A DNA stretch of 64,000 nucleotides from Phoronis australis. Its lineage: Eukaryota; Animalia; Phoronida. A program made the translations under genes and the position numbers. The notes under the pieces were generated by a model that worked only from the letters and a program-made list of their open reading frames with translations, was not told where the DNA came from and made no database searches. Shown here one piece after another: positions 47,418 to 59,950 of this stretch. Location of the stretch: contig NMRA01000459.1 of the NCBI GenBank assembly GCA_002633005.1, forward strand, positions 109,047 to 173,046, read 5' to 3'. Position 1 is the first letter of the stretch. Each line of letters opens with the position of its first letter.

Positions 47418-48401
47418 ACAATAGGGTAACAAGAGAGTCTAGAAGTGAATGTCTATTACTCAGCAGCGAAAGAGCTCTCAAACAGTAGTGTTGCGTGAAT
47501 GTCTTAAAATCGATCAAGAAACAAAACAGCAGAAAATATGATTGTTATCTGCTATTTTGGTATTCTTGCTAGCTTAGTATGGTGACGTGCAGGCATTTCA
47601 AATTTCGAATTGAAGGTGATCGTAAAATGATTGTTGTTCATCCAATGTCCACTTTGATTGTGGATTGGTGGATTGACATGCATGCGTGTATACACGTGTG
47701 TGCGTTTCCATTCTTTTAAATCCATTACACACCGACGGTAAGTTCACTATAGGTAGTCCTCCGTCGTTGCTCATAGATCAGACATTTGACTACCGTGTGT
47801 TCTTGCACTGAGGAAACGATCATGTTCACATTATTAGGAAAAAGCAGGTCTAGACCTAATAAAACTTTGGTCAATGAAGAAAGTAGTCCCTTGTCAATCA
47901 GTGGCAATAGTGCACACTGGCAGACTTCATACGAGCAACAAACTTGATGGAAGAGAAAAGATTTCCAAAGTTTCGTGTCACTATTCCGAAAGTTCACTAC
48001 TCCGAAGGTCAGCTTCTCTGAAGTTTCACTACTCCTAAGGTTCATTAGTCGGACTGTCTGCTATTGAGTCGGAACTGACATAAATGAAATATTGCATTTG
48101 TGTCCATTTAGTAACCAATGAAAGGGTTGAATAGTTCTTAAAACATTGATTGCATTGTTTACAAATGAGCTCAGTTCCAATCGCTGTCAAATGTGATTCT
48201 TGAACCTAACTAACGACTCATCCTCACGCAGGAACAACATCTGGGGCACGGGTCTGGGTTGCGGCGACCAACGGCTTTTTTTAAATTTAAAAAGACTGAA
48301 TGGGACAAGATAACCTTCTAACTATATATTTAGTTTCGNGCCGTAAGCGCGGTTCCTTCGGGTGACGTAATAATTCGTCAATATCAATACTTCGTATTAT
48401 T

Positions 48402-48858
48402 TTAAAAGGATAGCAATAGCTGTGATGATTTCCACCACTCCTCGTTCTGTCACCTGCTAATGAATCACTGGCGTCAATCTTCCAAATTAAAAGTATACCA
48501 AACAAGGTTTTGTCCTATTCACAGATACTATAAAAACGGACTTTCCCATCCATGTCTCTGAAACAAAATAATGCTCTGTAACGGCTCCACAACCCTCTAA
48601 AGTTTGGAGGAAAATTGGAAAACTCCTTGCAAACTCTGCTAAAGAGGCAAGCGTGACCAACGCTTTTAGCGAGTTGCGCGACATCTGTGGGAAAAGACTA
48701 CCCACCAAGGACCGTAATGTCCAATTCGTGAGGCAGTGGGTATGAATTCTTAGTTGATTCTTGCTTAATCATTCAAGATTGACGCCAATGATGCATCAGC
48801 AAGTGAGAGAACGGAGATTGGTTTAAATCATCAAAATAGGGTTTAGAATCCTTTTTAA
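48402..48858. mobile_element. TTAA-flanked MITE with long imperfect TIRs
   Basis: ttaaaaggat...aatcactggcgtcaatctt versus aagattgacgccaatgat...atcctttttaa. Confidence 0.6.
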
Positions 48859-51813
48859 GGAAAGAATCAATTAAAAATTCATACATCCCATGTCACAGTT
48901 TGGACAATATAGTCCTTTGTGGGTGGACTTTTCCTACAGTTGCCGTTTAAGTCGCAAAAAGCGTAGGTCGCTTTTCCGTTTAGCAAACTTTGGAAGGAGT
49001 TTTCAAAATTTTCAGCAAACTTTTGTAGGTTGTTCATGGTTACAGAGTATTATTCGTTTCAGAGAACTGGATTGGAAAGTCATTTTTAGAATCTGTCAAT
49101 AGGCCAAATCCGGGTTTGGCATCATTTTAAAAATGCAACAGATACTTATTTTTTCGTATTCCTAAGACATGCTGGCAATTTCATATGCGTATGAAATCAA
49201 TACCCGGACGTTGTTTTCGACATACTACACAACTCAGCGCATCTAATAACCGAAGTATCGTTTACTTTTGCATGTAAAAGTATAATCATTAAACCTGTGT
49301 TCGAAGTTTTAGATATTTTCGTTGTAGTGATCCTGCAGAATAATGGGCTGTTCCCTTTTCCAGCGATGTAAGTAACACGCAAAAATACTACCAGATAAAA
49401 ATTTCGTCCGAGTATGTATAAGCACGCCTGATTTGAAATTTTGGCGGAAGGTAACGCGAGAACGTTCTCTATCTGGACCACATTACATAACTGAATTTGA
49501 GTCCTATTCTTTACGAGTAACCGTCGCGGCATCCTCATTTCCGTCTCATCTCAGGAAGATAGAGCTGAGAGTCATCGTTGCGTATACAGATTTCCCTTCC
49601 CTCTAATTAAGCTGCGTCAAGGGCTTTACTGAAACTATACCGGGTCGATTTTTGCAAAATATCAAAGGTCCACCGTTCCAGAAATTCGAACCAACCCCTG
49701 CGCAATGCTGGCTACGATGCTGTTGGCGCATATAAGCACAGTTCTGCCCACACGCCCATGGACCTAATGGCGTGGCAATACGGGGAATTTTTTAACAAGT
49801 TCGTATTACTTTATACCGGTAATGGGCACGATGACCTGGTACAGAAATTGACTAACTTTGACTAAACCAGACAAAACAGGCCTTAACTCTTTTTAAAATT
49901 ATAGGAGATGTGTATTTTCATCAAAAAATACCATGGAATAGTCAAGGAGAAAATAAATTGCCTTGGTTTTGATGGGGTTGGCCTGCCTTTCCAAGTTCAT
50001 TAATATCGATCGCCCAATTCGTTGTGATAGCAGTAATCAGAACCCATTGGCAAGAAGCATTCTGAGACCACCCAGTTAAAAACAACAAGCTTATTCTAAG
50101 ATGTCATTCATTAGGTCGTTCCTATGGGAAAGAAATGCTCTTTCAATTTACTGGTGAGACAAGACCACCACCTGAAACCTCTGGAACACTTCGCCACTCG
50201 GAGGAATTTTTCACGTCTCAGGCTAAGTAGCCTAATGCTTTCTAGTCAATAAAGATCACGACCGAACCAGTTTGGGGTCATCACTAAAATCCAATGTACT
50301 CTTTAAACAGAACCTGCATTTTCGTGATCACCATTAACTCACGAGATAGTTGCGGAGACCTGAGACTAATCCAACTACTGTGAAGCCCTCTGGTGGCAGT
50401 TTTGGTTTCTTTGTGTTTGCCTTGATCAGACATTTCGGAGTTCCTTCCGTTGGTGAATGTTCTTTAAATTTGGCAAGCAATTTACCACAACGTAGACAAC
50501 AACACCTGCCCCGTTACAGACAGGTTTGACCTATTTTGTGTCCTCAAATGACCTTTTTATTTTCGTTTATCGGTGTTCTTCCTTGTCTGCCTCCCGATCC
50601 TCCATTGTGAAAGGTGTCAGGCGAGCTCCCAAATTTTGGAGCGATTGGTAATTTACAGGGGGTTCCCTAAAGGCTATTTTCCGTTAACTAATATTACTTA
50701 CTCCCTTTAGAGGGAATGTTTGAAATAATGATTATCATCTACGCTGTGGCGATGCATACAGTGGGCGCTAATCAACGTTCCCCGTTCAGTTGCTCTTGCG
50801 GTCTGCTGCTTGATTTCGCAACGATGGGGTGTTCGAAATTTCCATTTTACACAGCGCTTTAACATTAATTTGATTGACTGTAATGCTAAACTAGTCTGTT
50901 TGCCCACGTGCGCATTCCAAAAAAGACTTCGGTCACAATTCACAAATCAGTGGGACCTCTGACGATGAATAGAGGATAGAATGCCCGACGATATACATGT
51001 ATACCGCCGCAGTGACAATTAAAGTAGATGTCTCATTAGTTAGTCCATTTACAATAAGTAGTGCCTAACTTTTATGAGAAAAATGACTGTTCGTGATATT
51101 CAATTAAAGGAAATTAAAATCGTAGCTTTTCAGGCAAATTAATCTCTTGTCTTCACGTCTTTGAGCTTGGGTTTGTTGACGAAGGCAATCAGTATTAAGC
51201 AGTCTTCACTTTTGTAATCATACTTCAAGGGACGCAATGGTCTTAGAAGCCTGTGCAGATGTTTTGCCCCAAGAGACTTCATCGGATGTGTGAAAAATGC
51301 AAAATTACGCGGACAACTTATTTCTTGAATGTATATAGCTTCAACCGCACATCTACGTGGTCGTCACACTAATATCAAGTTATTCTAGCCATGATATGCC
51401 CGTCACTCGTACTGTGTTCATAGAGTGGTGTTGAAGTGCAGACACAGAATTACGACAAAGTCTATTATTTTCAGTTGATTTTCTAGATCGTGTTGGATAT
51501 CACATCCGCCATTGACACGGTCTATTCTATATCGCAGTACTCGTAAAATAATCGAAAACGAATGATCAAAGGATGACTAACGTTTTAATGGACGCAAAGA
51601 CATGGCAAATCGGAGAGCTTTGGATATTCATGTAAACCCTTATATATACGAGAGCATATCGATAAGGGAAATCTGCGATGAAATTAGCTTCACACAATAT
51701 TTGAACTAGCGAGATGCGGGCTTTTGCAGTTGTGTCAAAAGCTAGCCACCGGCCATGTATGGGAAGTTGATGGCTTAATTCACTGTTAGTCAATTGTGAC
51801 TTGAAGTCTAATG

Positions 51814-52184
51814 GCCTCGGAACCAGAGACTATTCCGTTGAACGGCCTGAACCACAATCTGAGGAAAAGGCGGGTTCAGAATTACATTGTAATGTGAGTA
51901 ATTTTTATTTCATTTATCTTCCGTTTCCGCTTTTATAAACTTGACCTATTCCCTTGAAGTATAAAATCCAATGTTTAGCATGTAGTTGAACAAAAGTTAC
52001 ACACTGCCAACTAGAAGCTATTGGGGATTTTTTTAATCAGTGCAGAAAACTCCTACGTGAAACGAAATTCTTTAACCATGTTATGCAAGTCATGGTCATG
52101 GAGAATGAGTTGATAGCCTCGGAACAAGAGACTATTCCGTTGATCGGCCTAAACCAGGAAAAAGCGCGTTCAGAATTACATTGT
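51814..52184. repeat. About 70-bp direct repeat pair, 300 bp apart
   Basis: gcctcggaac.agagactattccgttga.cggcct...ttcagaattacattgt at 51814 and 52116. Confidence 0.75.
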
Positions 52185-55100
52185 CCCGGCCTGTCAAATA
52201 AACGTGTGTATTCATCGTGCACAAAACGTTTTAGCTTCAACGCCCGTTTTGTCCGATTTTCACTTTAACCATGTACACATGGAGTAATGTGGCTCAAGGT
52301 TTGAGAGAAACAGCACTAGGACCTCGAGGCGTAGCTCACTCACCTTCAGGAACAAATCATGAAATCCCCTCGGCATATCAGTCGTCCAATGCACAGAGCT
52401 GTGTAAAATAATTGCGAAATGGTTTGATGCCTGCTCACCTTCTGCCTTTGTCGGGAATTGAAACGGGCACACCACTTCTTTTGACCATGGATGTCTAGCG
52501 ATGCCAATTTTCTCAGTCCCACCAAAAACGCCACACTCCTATGTTTTGCGTGTTTTTTTTTCCACAGAATTAACTGATATTACGTGGGAACGGTCAAGAG
52601 TATTCATTCCATTGTGTATCAGACCCAAAGCACACAGGCGGGCAAACAGATAAACAGACAGGCAGATAATTTGGGTAGAAGAAAGAAAAGTAGAAAGAAT
52701 TACATAGTTGCGTGAATATGTAGAAAGTTACGTGCCTGTACGTTGTAGGTGAATGAATATACAGTACACGTGGTAGACTGGAGGTAATAAGGTCTATAGA
52801 GTGACAGGCAGGTAAAAGGACAAATAGCGCTTAAATAAATAGACGGACAGACAGATACATGTAGAGTTGATAGTATAGTACACACAGCAAAAATTTGCAA
52901 TTTCCAATGAGCAGTAACTTCAACAAGTCTGATAAAGCTTGCTACAGTAACAATCCGTTCGTGTATACACTGTAAACAATATGAGACTAGCGTTTATGAA
53001 AAAGAAAGAAGTCACAGTGTATCTATATTAGATATGCAACTTGTGGACACGTTAGTACCACCAAGTTTAATCAAAAAGTCTGCAATAGTGAAGAAACAAT
53101 GACAATTTGTGATGGTATTGATATGAAATACAGACCGAGAGACATTCACACCACACACACTCACACGCTAACAAACGTGTTCCAGTTAATCAAGATTTCC
53201 ATGTTTTGTTTTTGGGAAAATACCTTTTTCAAATATGAAAACTGCGATAGCGGTTACTGGTTCTCGTAATCGACGGGAATAATATTTTTGGGTTACATGT
53301 AGCTTAACAACAGCATCATGTAACTAATAGGGACTGAACCTGGAGTGTGTCGGAATACATATTGATTACGTAATTAGTACAGATAGTTCCATTTTAAGTT
53401 GCCCAAAATTTGTGCATATTTACTTTAAAACCATGGGGTCAAACTTGTTTACATATATAAACTGACATCAAGATCTATTTTTAGATGATGTTTATCACTT
53501 TGGTTTGGGGTCAATGCACTCTAAAGATTCTAGAAATTTGTGAGAGCAAATCGTAACAGGCAATGATATGATTGGATAAGATCATGTGTTTTTATTAGTC
53601 AATTGTTAAATTAGTACATTATTTCAATTTGGGCTGAAGTTTGCAAAATACTCTGATGGGACTTAGTAGTTGAAGCTAGAAACCTTGCAACAGTGTACAG
53701 ACGAAATTGTACAGCAGAGCTATCTCGTGGAAGATTCTAAAGAGTGCCTTGGCAAGGGCAAGTGTTAACGACCAGGAACTTAACTAAGAGCTTGTCACTT
53801 GCATCGTGGGTAGTAAACTACTGCCTGCAAGCGTTGCGTCACGAGACTGTGACCAGCAAGAAGAATCGTGGGTAGAAGATACTGCTCGCAAGTGTTGCGT
53901 GTTAGTTCGAAGATTTACCAAAAGGACTGTCATCCTACGATCGAATCTTACAGCTTAGATAGTAGATAAGACGTTTGATCATTTATAGTTAATAGAATGA
54001 AGTACCCCTTACAGAGTGCGCTAGCGTACAGTAGTTACTCTTCGTAGTCTACTTAATTAAAAACAGGTTTTACTTGTTTTAATTAGTGTTTATCATATAA
54101 TATTTAAAGGAGAATGCCACCCGACTTATTTCGTTTTTTACCGTCTTAATCGTTCTGTATCCACATCAACTCGTATACGGTCGATCTCACTTCGCCGAGA
54201 GGTGTCGCTAACCTGTGAGAAAGGTGAGTACACGACGAAGCGACGTCAGTGGTTCTTCCTCTGAGTGTGTGCGCCTATGGTGTGGCGTATCGTTCCCGCT
54301 TTTGCGAAACATGAAGCTGCGAGGAAAGCGGGTATATTTTTCGACTTTCTCGAGAACCCGAAATGCTGCGGAAGTGGTTCGCAGCAGTAAAGAATAAAAG
54401 CACGTCGTTAATACCAAGTATGAGGCCATGAAATATCTCCGTGTCTGTGGCCGGCATTGTTCTGTTTCAAAACGAGTTATTCTCTCCGTCACCAATGTTT
54501 AACAAAACTGAAACAAAGTGCCTCGAAAGACTGTCTCAGTAGATACAATTTGTAATGCCTTTGTAGTGTTCATGAGTGCACTATTTTGAGAAACCAACAA
54601 AGAATAAATCATATTGCGTTACCTGCTTCAGATGCAACAAAACTAAATGACCGGGCACCCAAGGCCGTGTGAGCGCATGCTAATTCAGTGTTTGATGATA
54701 TAAAGCTGTTGTGAAATTATTGTTATTGTTCCCCGTTTGCCCTGTACGGTTCTGTGGAAGGAAAACCTGACTAAGTACATTTACAATTTTGCGGCGTTCT
54801 TACCAAAATATTCACGTGTACATTATGTCTTTGGTTCATTAGTCTAGTCTTTTTGTGACTGCAAGTTAGTTTTTAACTTTGGCAGCCAACTAACCCGAAT
54901 GGATTACGTTCGTGATTTCTCCAGTCCGGCCTCCGGCGACGGGCCTAATCGGGTTCCGAGCCACTTGGGTTACAACAAGCGTTTTGTATGTTTAGAACTA
55001 AAAAAAAAATCGTAAGTCTGAAATTACAACACACGGCTATGCTCTCCTGTCTATTTCACGAACGAACAATTCTAATTTATCAGCAAACAGATCCAAACTT

Positions 55101-55684
55101 CACGCGACCGACCTAGGCACGTTGGCCTACCTAACTACGGTGCGTTCAAAATGTCTAGAAATCCGTAACAGCAAAATAAAAGAACTCGTTTGTAAGGGTT
55201 TTGCATCGAATTTTGATTATATATTGATGTGTAAAGCAATGAAGCCAAGCGATGCGGTGACACCAAAAAGCTTCTTGTGTACAACTGAACAGATTGTGTC
55301 AGAACCTATGATGTCATCGGTTAATTCAGCACCTCCGTCTGCCGTCTGGATTCAGGTAAAAGAACTGAGTTTGCTGTTGTCGAATGAAACTACTCGATCT
55401 AAACTGATATAAAATGCATTGTTTTTGGTGGCATTCCTCTTTAATCATTCTCTCTCGATCCACGCACAATCTCAAAGCATAACTACTTTTAAACACACCC
55501 ACAGTCATGAGAAATCCCGATTTCGAAAGAAGAATAAAGAATAACAAGCAAACAACATCTTCTGACAGAACCTGCATCCATCAGAATCTTTGGCCCATAT
55601 TTGGAACAATAATTTGTTCATGTTATTCTATGACCAATGTTCATGACTGTACGCATCTTAAATTTACATCATTACATGACGGCG

Positions 55685-57835
55685 TTCTCCCGTTCAGTGA
55701 CTTAACCAGACATAGAGGTTTGTGAGCGTGTGATAACTTCTAGCTCCTTTGTTAAGTGCCAAGCACAGTCTTTTGCCTGGTATGACAACAGGCAGGCCAA
55801 TTATCTACCAGGCTCATTGCAGACCGCGTGTGAACACAGTAAAACCCAGAGCGAATTGGTACATGTACGTTCGAAAAGAATAGATTGCCGTAACTTCGGT
55901 TGTAGTTGGGCGATTTTGGCGATTCAAAAACTAAACATGATCAGCATTTGACGAGGAATTCAGAAATGTTATTGCTTTATGTTCAAATATGTTAAAACAT
56001 AACTTTTATTTTTAACAGCAAAGCCCAATCAGGCTAGATACGATCTTTTTGGAGATTAGAGCAATTGTCGAACAAAAGAGAGCTGGTCCTCCAACCATAA
56101 ATGCCAGCATGGAGCTAATCAATCGTGTAAGATATAGGCTACAGGGATCATCTTCCCAAGTTGTTGTTGGGCTATAAAATCGAACAAGATGGGAGCAACG
56201 GGAAAACGCCGTAACGAAGTGATGAAAACTGGCGTAAAAGTCACCAAGTTCATGATAAACAGTCATCCGGAAAAATAAGCAATGTTATGTTTGGTGGGAA
56301 AGTCATGTTAAGAAAAGGCTCCAAGTAATGATGGAGACCGTTCCTTGAAACTTAAAGGTTTGCAAGCTAAAATATCCGATTTGCCATGGTAACCAGATAT
56401 TTTGTCAGTCAAAATTCCATGTTTTATGGCAAATTCAGGGTAGAAGAAGTCAACCTTTGCTAAGAGAACTTGGATTGACTCTCTGTTGAAACATAGGGGT
56501 TTTGCTAAGCTGAATTGGGTATCGCTACCATGGTAACCAAGTAAATTTCAATGTCTAGCTAACTTCACTACCCGCCGTATTCAAACGACCAATTGGCGAA
56601 TTCTAAAAAATAGGCATACAGATGTATTAAACGCCTTGCCATTTTTTAAAAATTGCTTTTGGTCAATATAACATATGCATGCATAAACATGTTCATTATT
56701 CCAACGTCCACTCGCAATTTTAACTGAATTTGCTGAATGTAATTAACTTAATTATCTCTGAAACTTTTTAATTTTGAACCTAGGGTTTCGTTTGCCTCGT
56801 GTCAAACTAGGTCAAAGTGAGTTAGTATAAGTCAACAGCTCGTTGTAGTAAACACCACGCGCCGGAAGACTGATTTCAGGAAACCAACTACGAAATCCAG
56901 TCGGTGGGTAACGAGATCGACACAGCGAAACTTCAAATTTCCGATGAACACAAAATCAAAAACCGTCGCGATTACTCAGACGCTGTGTGTTCGTTCTTAA
57001 CGGTCGTATGCACGCGGACGTACCCCTAAATGTATTAATCCCCCAGGATCAAAGTTGCCTTTAGTATTCGTTTTCTGCGGCATCTGTCTATGCTGTGTAC
57101 ACCTCGTTGACTCAATATCATATTATGGTGACTCTCTAAATCAAAAGACTGTGGGTTCACACGGGTCTACTGCTTGGCTGGAGATTCGATTTGAGTGACC
57201 GTTCTGTAACCTTTGAACTTTGATAAGTAGTAAATTAACTTCCAGGCGGTTGAGGTGGGTCTAGGAACATCAGCGTGGTGCCGCGTTCAGTAACTTTTCC
57301 AGACGTGAGGGGTGCTGAACGTGCGATAACGTCTGGCTCTTTTGTTAACTGCCCAGCTCAGTCTTTTGTCCCGTAGGGTAACAAGCAGGTCAATTATCTC
57401 CCAGGCTTCAAAGGAAACGTATGGTGGTTGCACGCTATTACCGAACGCGTATGAACACAGTCAAACCCAGTGCGTCCATTTGGACAGAATAGATTGTCTT
57501 GACTTAATTCTGTTGTAGTTGGGCGATTTTGGTGATTCAAAAACGGAACATGATCAGCATTTGACGAGGAATTCAAAAATGCTATTGGTTTAAGCTCAAA
57601 TATTTTATAACTTAACTTTCAATTTTATCAGCCCAGCCCAGTCAGTCTAGATACGATCTGATCGTAGATTAGAACAATTATCGAACAAAAGAGCGCATGC
57701 CCTCCAACCATAAATGCCAGAATGGAGTTAATCAGTCGTGTAAGATATTTGCTATGGGGGTGAATTTCCCAATTTGTTGTTGGGCTATAGAATCGAACAA
57801 GTTGGGAGCAACGGGATGTCGCCGTCATGAATGCC
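55685..57835. repeat. About 550-bp diverged direct repeat pair (55685-56225 and 57275-57835)
   Basis: Shared blocks such as gttgtagttgggcgattttgg, acatgatcagcatttgacgaggaattca and cctccaaccataaatgccag. Confidence 0.85.
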
Positions 57836-59149
57836 GTAAAAACGAAAGATGTCGTTAAGTTAACTAGAAATAAGATAAAAGATTCACCCACACAGATATT
57901 CTATAGTGCAAAAAATAGAAGCAAGATCCTAAATTACATATCCATAAGATCAATTTTGAATACAATGCACGGGAGATGCGATGGATACAATTGCCAAGAT
58001 GGGTGAGTGACCATCCACGTTGTCTCGAAGTTTCACACGATAACCTAAATATTTCAATTTATTCCAAAATATGACTAACCTGCGAATTTTTTTGCAAAAG
58101 CTGTAGTAATGTACATGATGACGTCAGGCGGAAATGGATGAACTTTGTATCGAATGAGCATGTTTACAACAACGCAAATCTATTTTTAACTATTCTTAGA
58201 AAACACATTTCGCCCTATGCGTTCCATTGTAACCATCGCAGAACGTGCTCTTACGCTTTGTTGTTTAATTCAATATGTTCATGGTATTGCGTCAGTCACC
58301 CAATACTGCATTGGCTGTGATCATACAGAAAACGCATAATAACGATAAGCCTTTTGCCCCAAGAAATACCGTTGCCTTAAAGTCGAGTTTTAGCTAATAG
58401 CCTTATATTCTGGATTGATGCGCTTTCAATGTTTCCAGGAAATGAATACTTCCCACATTGCATTGGGGCATAATGCTTTAGATTTAAGTTGCCACGTTTT
58501 TTCGTCCGCACTGCTACAGAAGGTATTGAAGGTAAACTTTTACTGGAATCTGCAAATAATGCACATTATTTCCTTTATACAGCCGACACTGGCTTTTTAT
58601 GTAGTGAAGGAACAAACAATTTTCAACCTCCTTACGACTTATATCCAAATAAGCGTATAACTCGCTCGAGTTCAGATGCAATTAGCATATTTTTAGTATA
58701 ACAACAGATAATTGTATGGGGCGAACAAGTCAATGAGACTAAATAACAACTTTTGAATGCAATGCAATCACGAAACAGAAATTTACTGACTCATCTCAAC
58801 GAGAATTGTTCTGAATTGTGTGAATCGAATGTGTGTCTTCTAGAGTTTTGCTGATTTTTTTAAGGTCAGTACAATAAATATACAGACCTAGAAAGCGTCA
58901 AGAGGCATTGTATCTGGGCTAAACAAATAAAAAAGAAATCTGTATACAATTATAAACAAATACATCAATCGATGTTAAGATTACGATGACATATGATTAA
59001 GAATATAAATGAATCGTTTTCATGCGCAATAATATATTTTATATGTATACGATTTTATTGAATCGATTTAATATTAAAAAGAAATTTTGGAATTATTTCG
59101 AATAAAACCTTATTTTCATTTAGGTCGAGTTCTCTACATCCATTCAGAA

Positions 59150-59950
59150 AAAAATGTTATACATTTGAGAAAGATCTGAATATTTTTGTATACATTGGGG
59201 TATTGTTCGAGTGTCTGGAAAAGCTGTGCCCTCTGCTCCCCGCATACCGCACAAGCAAACAAAATATGGGCATTTGTCTGAGTATCTCTACAGGAAAACA
59301 GGTGAAATATTAAAATTATGCCGCTGTTTAGGAATAGTCCGCATCTTGATCTCTAAAGGATTATTTCATGGTTGCAAGTTAGTTGGGATGATTTCAGTGG
59401 GACTGGCAAGTCTTGAGTAGTGGTACATGTATGTAGTTTAAAGATATTTTTAGAGTGACTATTGAGGTGTTTTCTTTTATTTTGGATGGTAAGGAATTCC
59501 AGTTGTCAAGATAATATCGAAGACCTTCTGGAGGCTTGGCAGAGGGAAGAGGTTATAGTGTATAAATTACTGTGCCGCAGTCCTGATCTTGTGTTAAGAC
59601 TTTTGTACGAGTCCAAGAGGGTTTTGTCTGAATAATCATTTATGTTGCTTATGACTTTGAATGTATACACCCAGAGGTAGAGATTACGTCGGGTTGCTAG
59701 TTTGCTCCAGTTGAGACTATTTAGAACCTTGAATGAGTAGGATTCTTTGTATGCCCCTGTTATGGCTAAAGCTGCTTGGTAGTGTAATCTTTCTAATTGA
59801 AGAAGAATGGTTGCGTTTGCTGATTGGTAGATTTTGTCACAGTAATCTAGACGTGGAAGACTTGAACAGAGTTTCAAGATGGATGGAGTTGAGATGACGA
59901 GAGCCGATTCTAATTGGATTGGTTAATTTGTGTACTTCTTGAACGATTTC
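59150..59950 (-). mobile_element. CR1/L2-group LINE ORF2 C-terminal fragment
   Basis: LPRLDYCDKIY...LERLHYQAALAITGA...LNSLNWSKLATRR, WNSLP. Confidence 0.85.

Noticed and set aside
12517-48339. Single N bases at 12517, 20526, 30791, 38170, 44212 and 48339
   Set aside because: Assembly gaps or joins rather than biology; distances across them are uncertain.
46709-49717. hAT-like element from caggcccgtagccag to ctggctacgatgctg
   Set aside because: The TIR match is short, there is no 8-bp TSD, and an N at 48339 lies between the ends.
56012-57891. Paired minus-strand hydrophobic ORFs (84 and 87 aa) as membrane-protein paralogues
   Set aside because: Differences are mostly non-synonymous, the N-termini are unrelated, and no family is recognisable.
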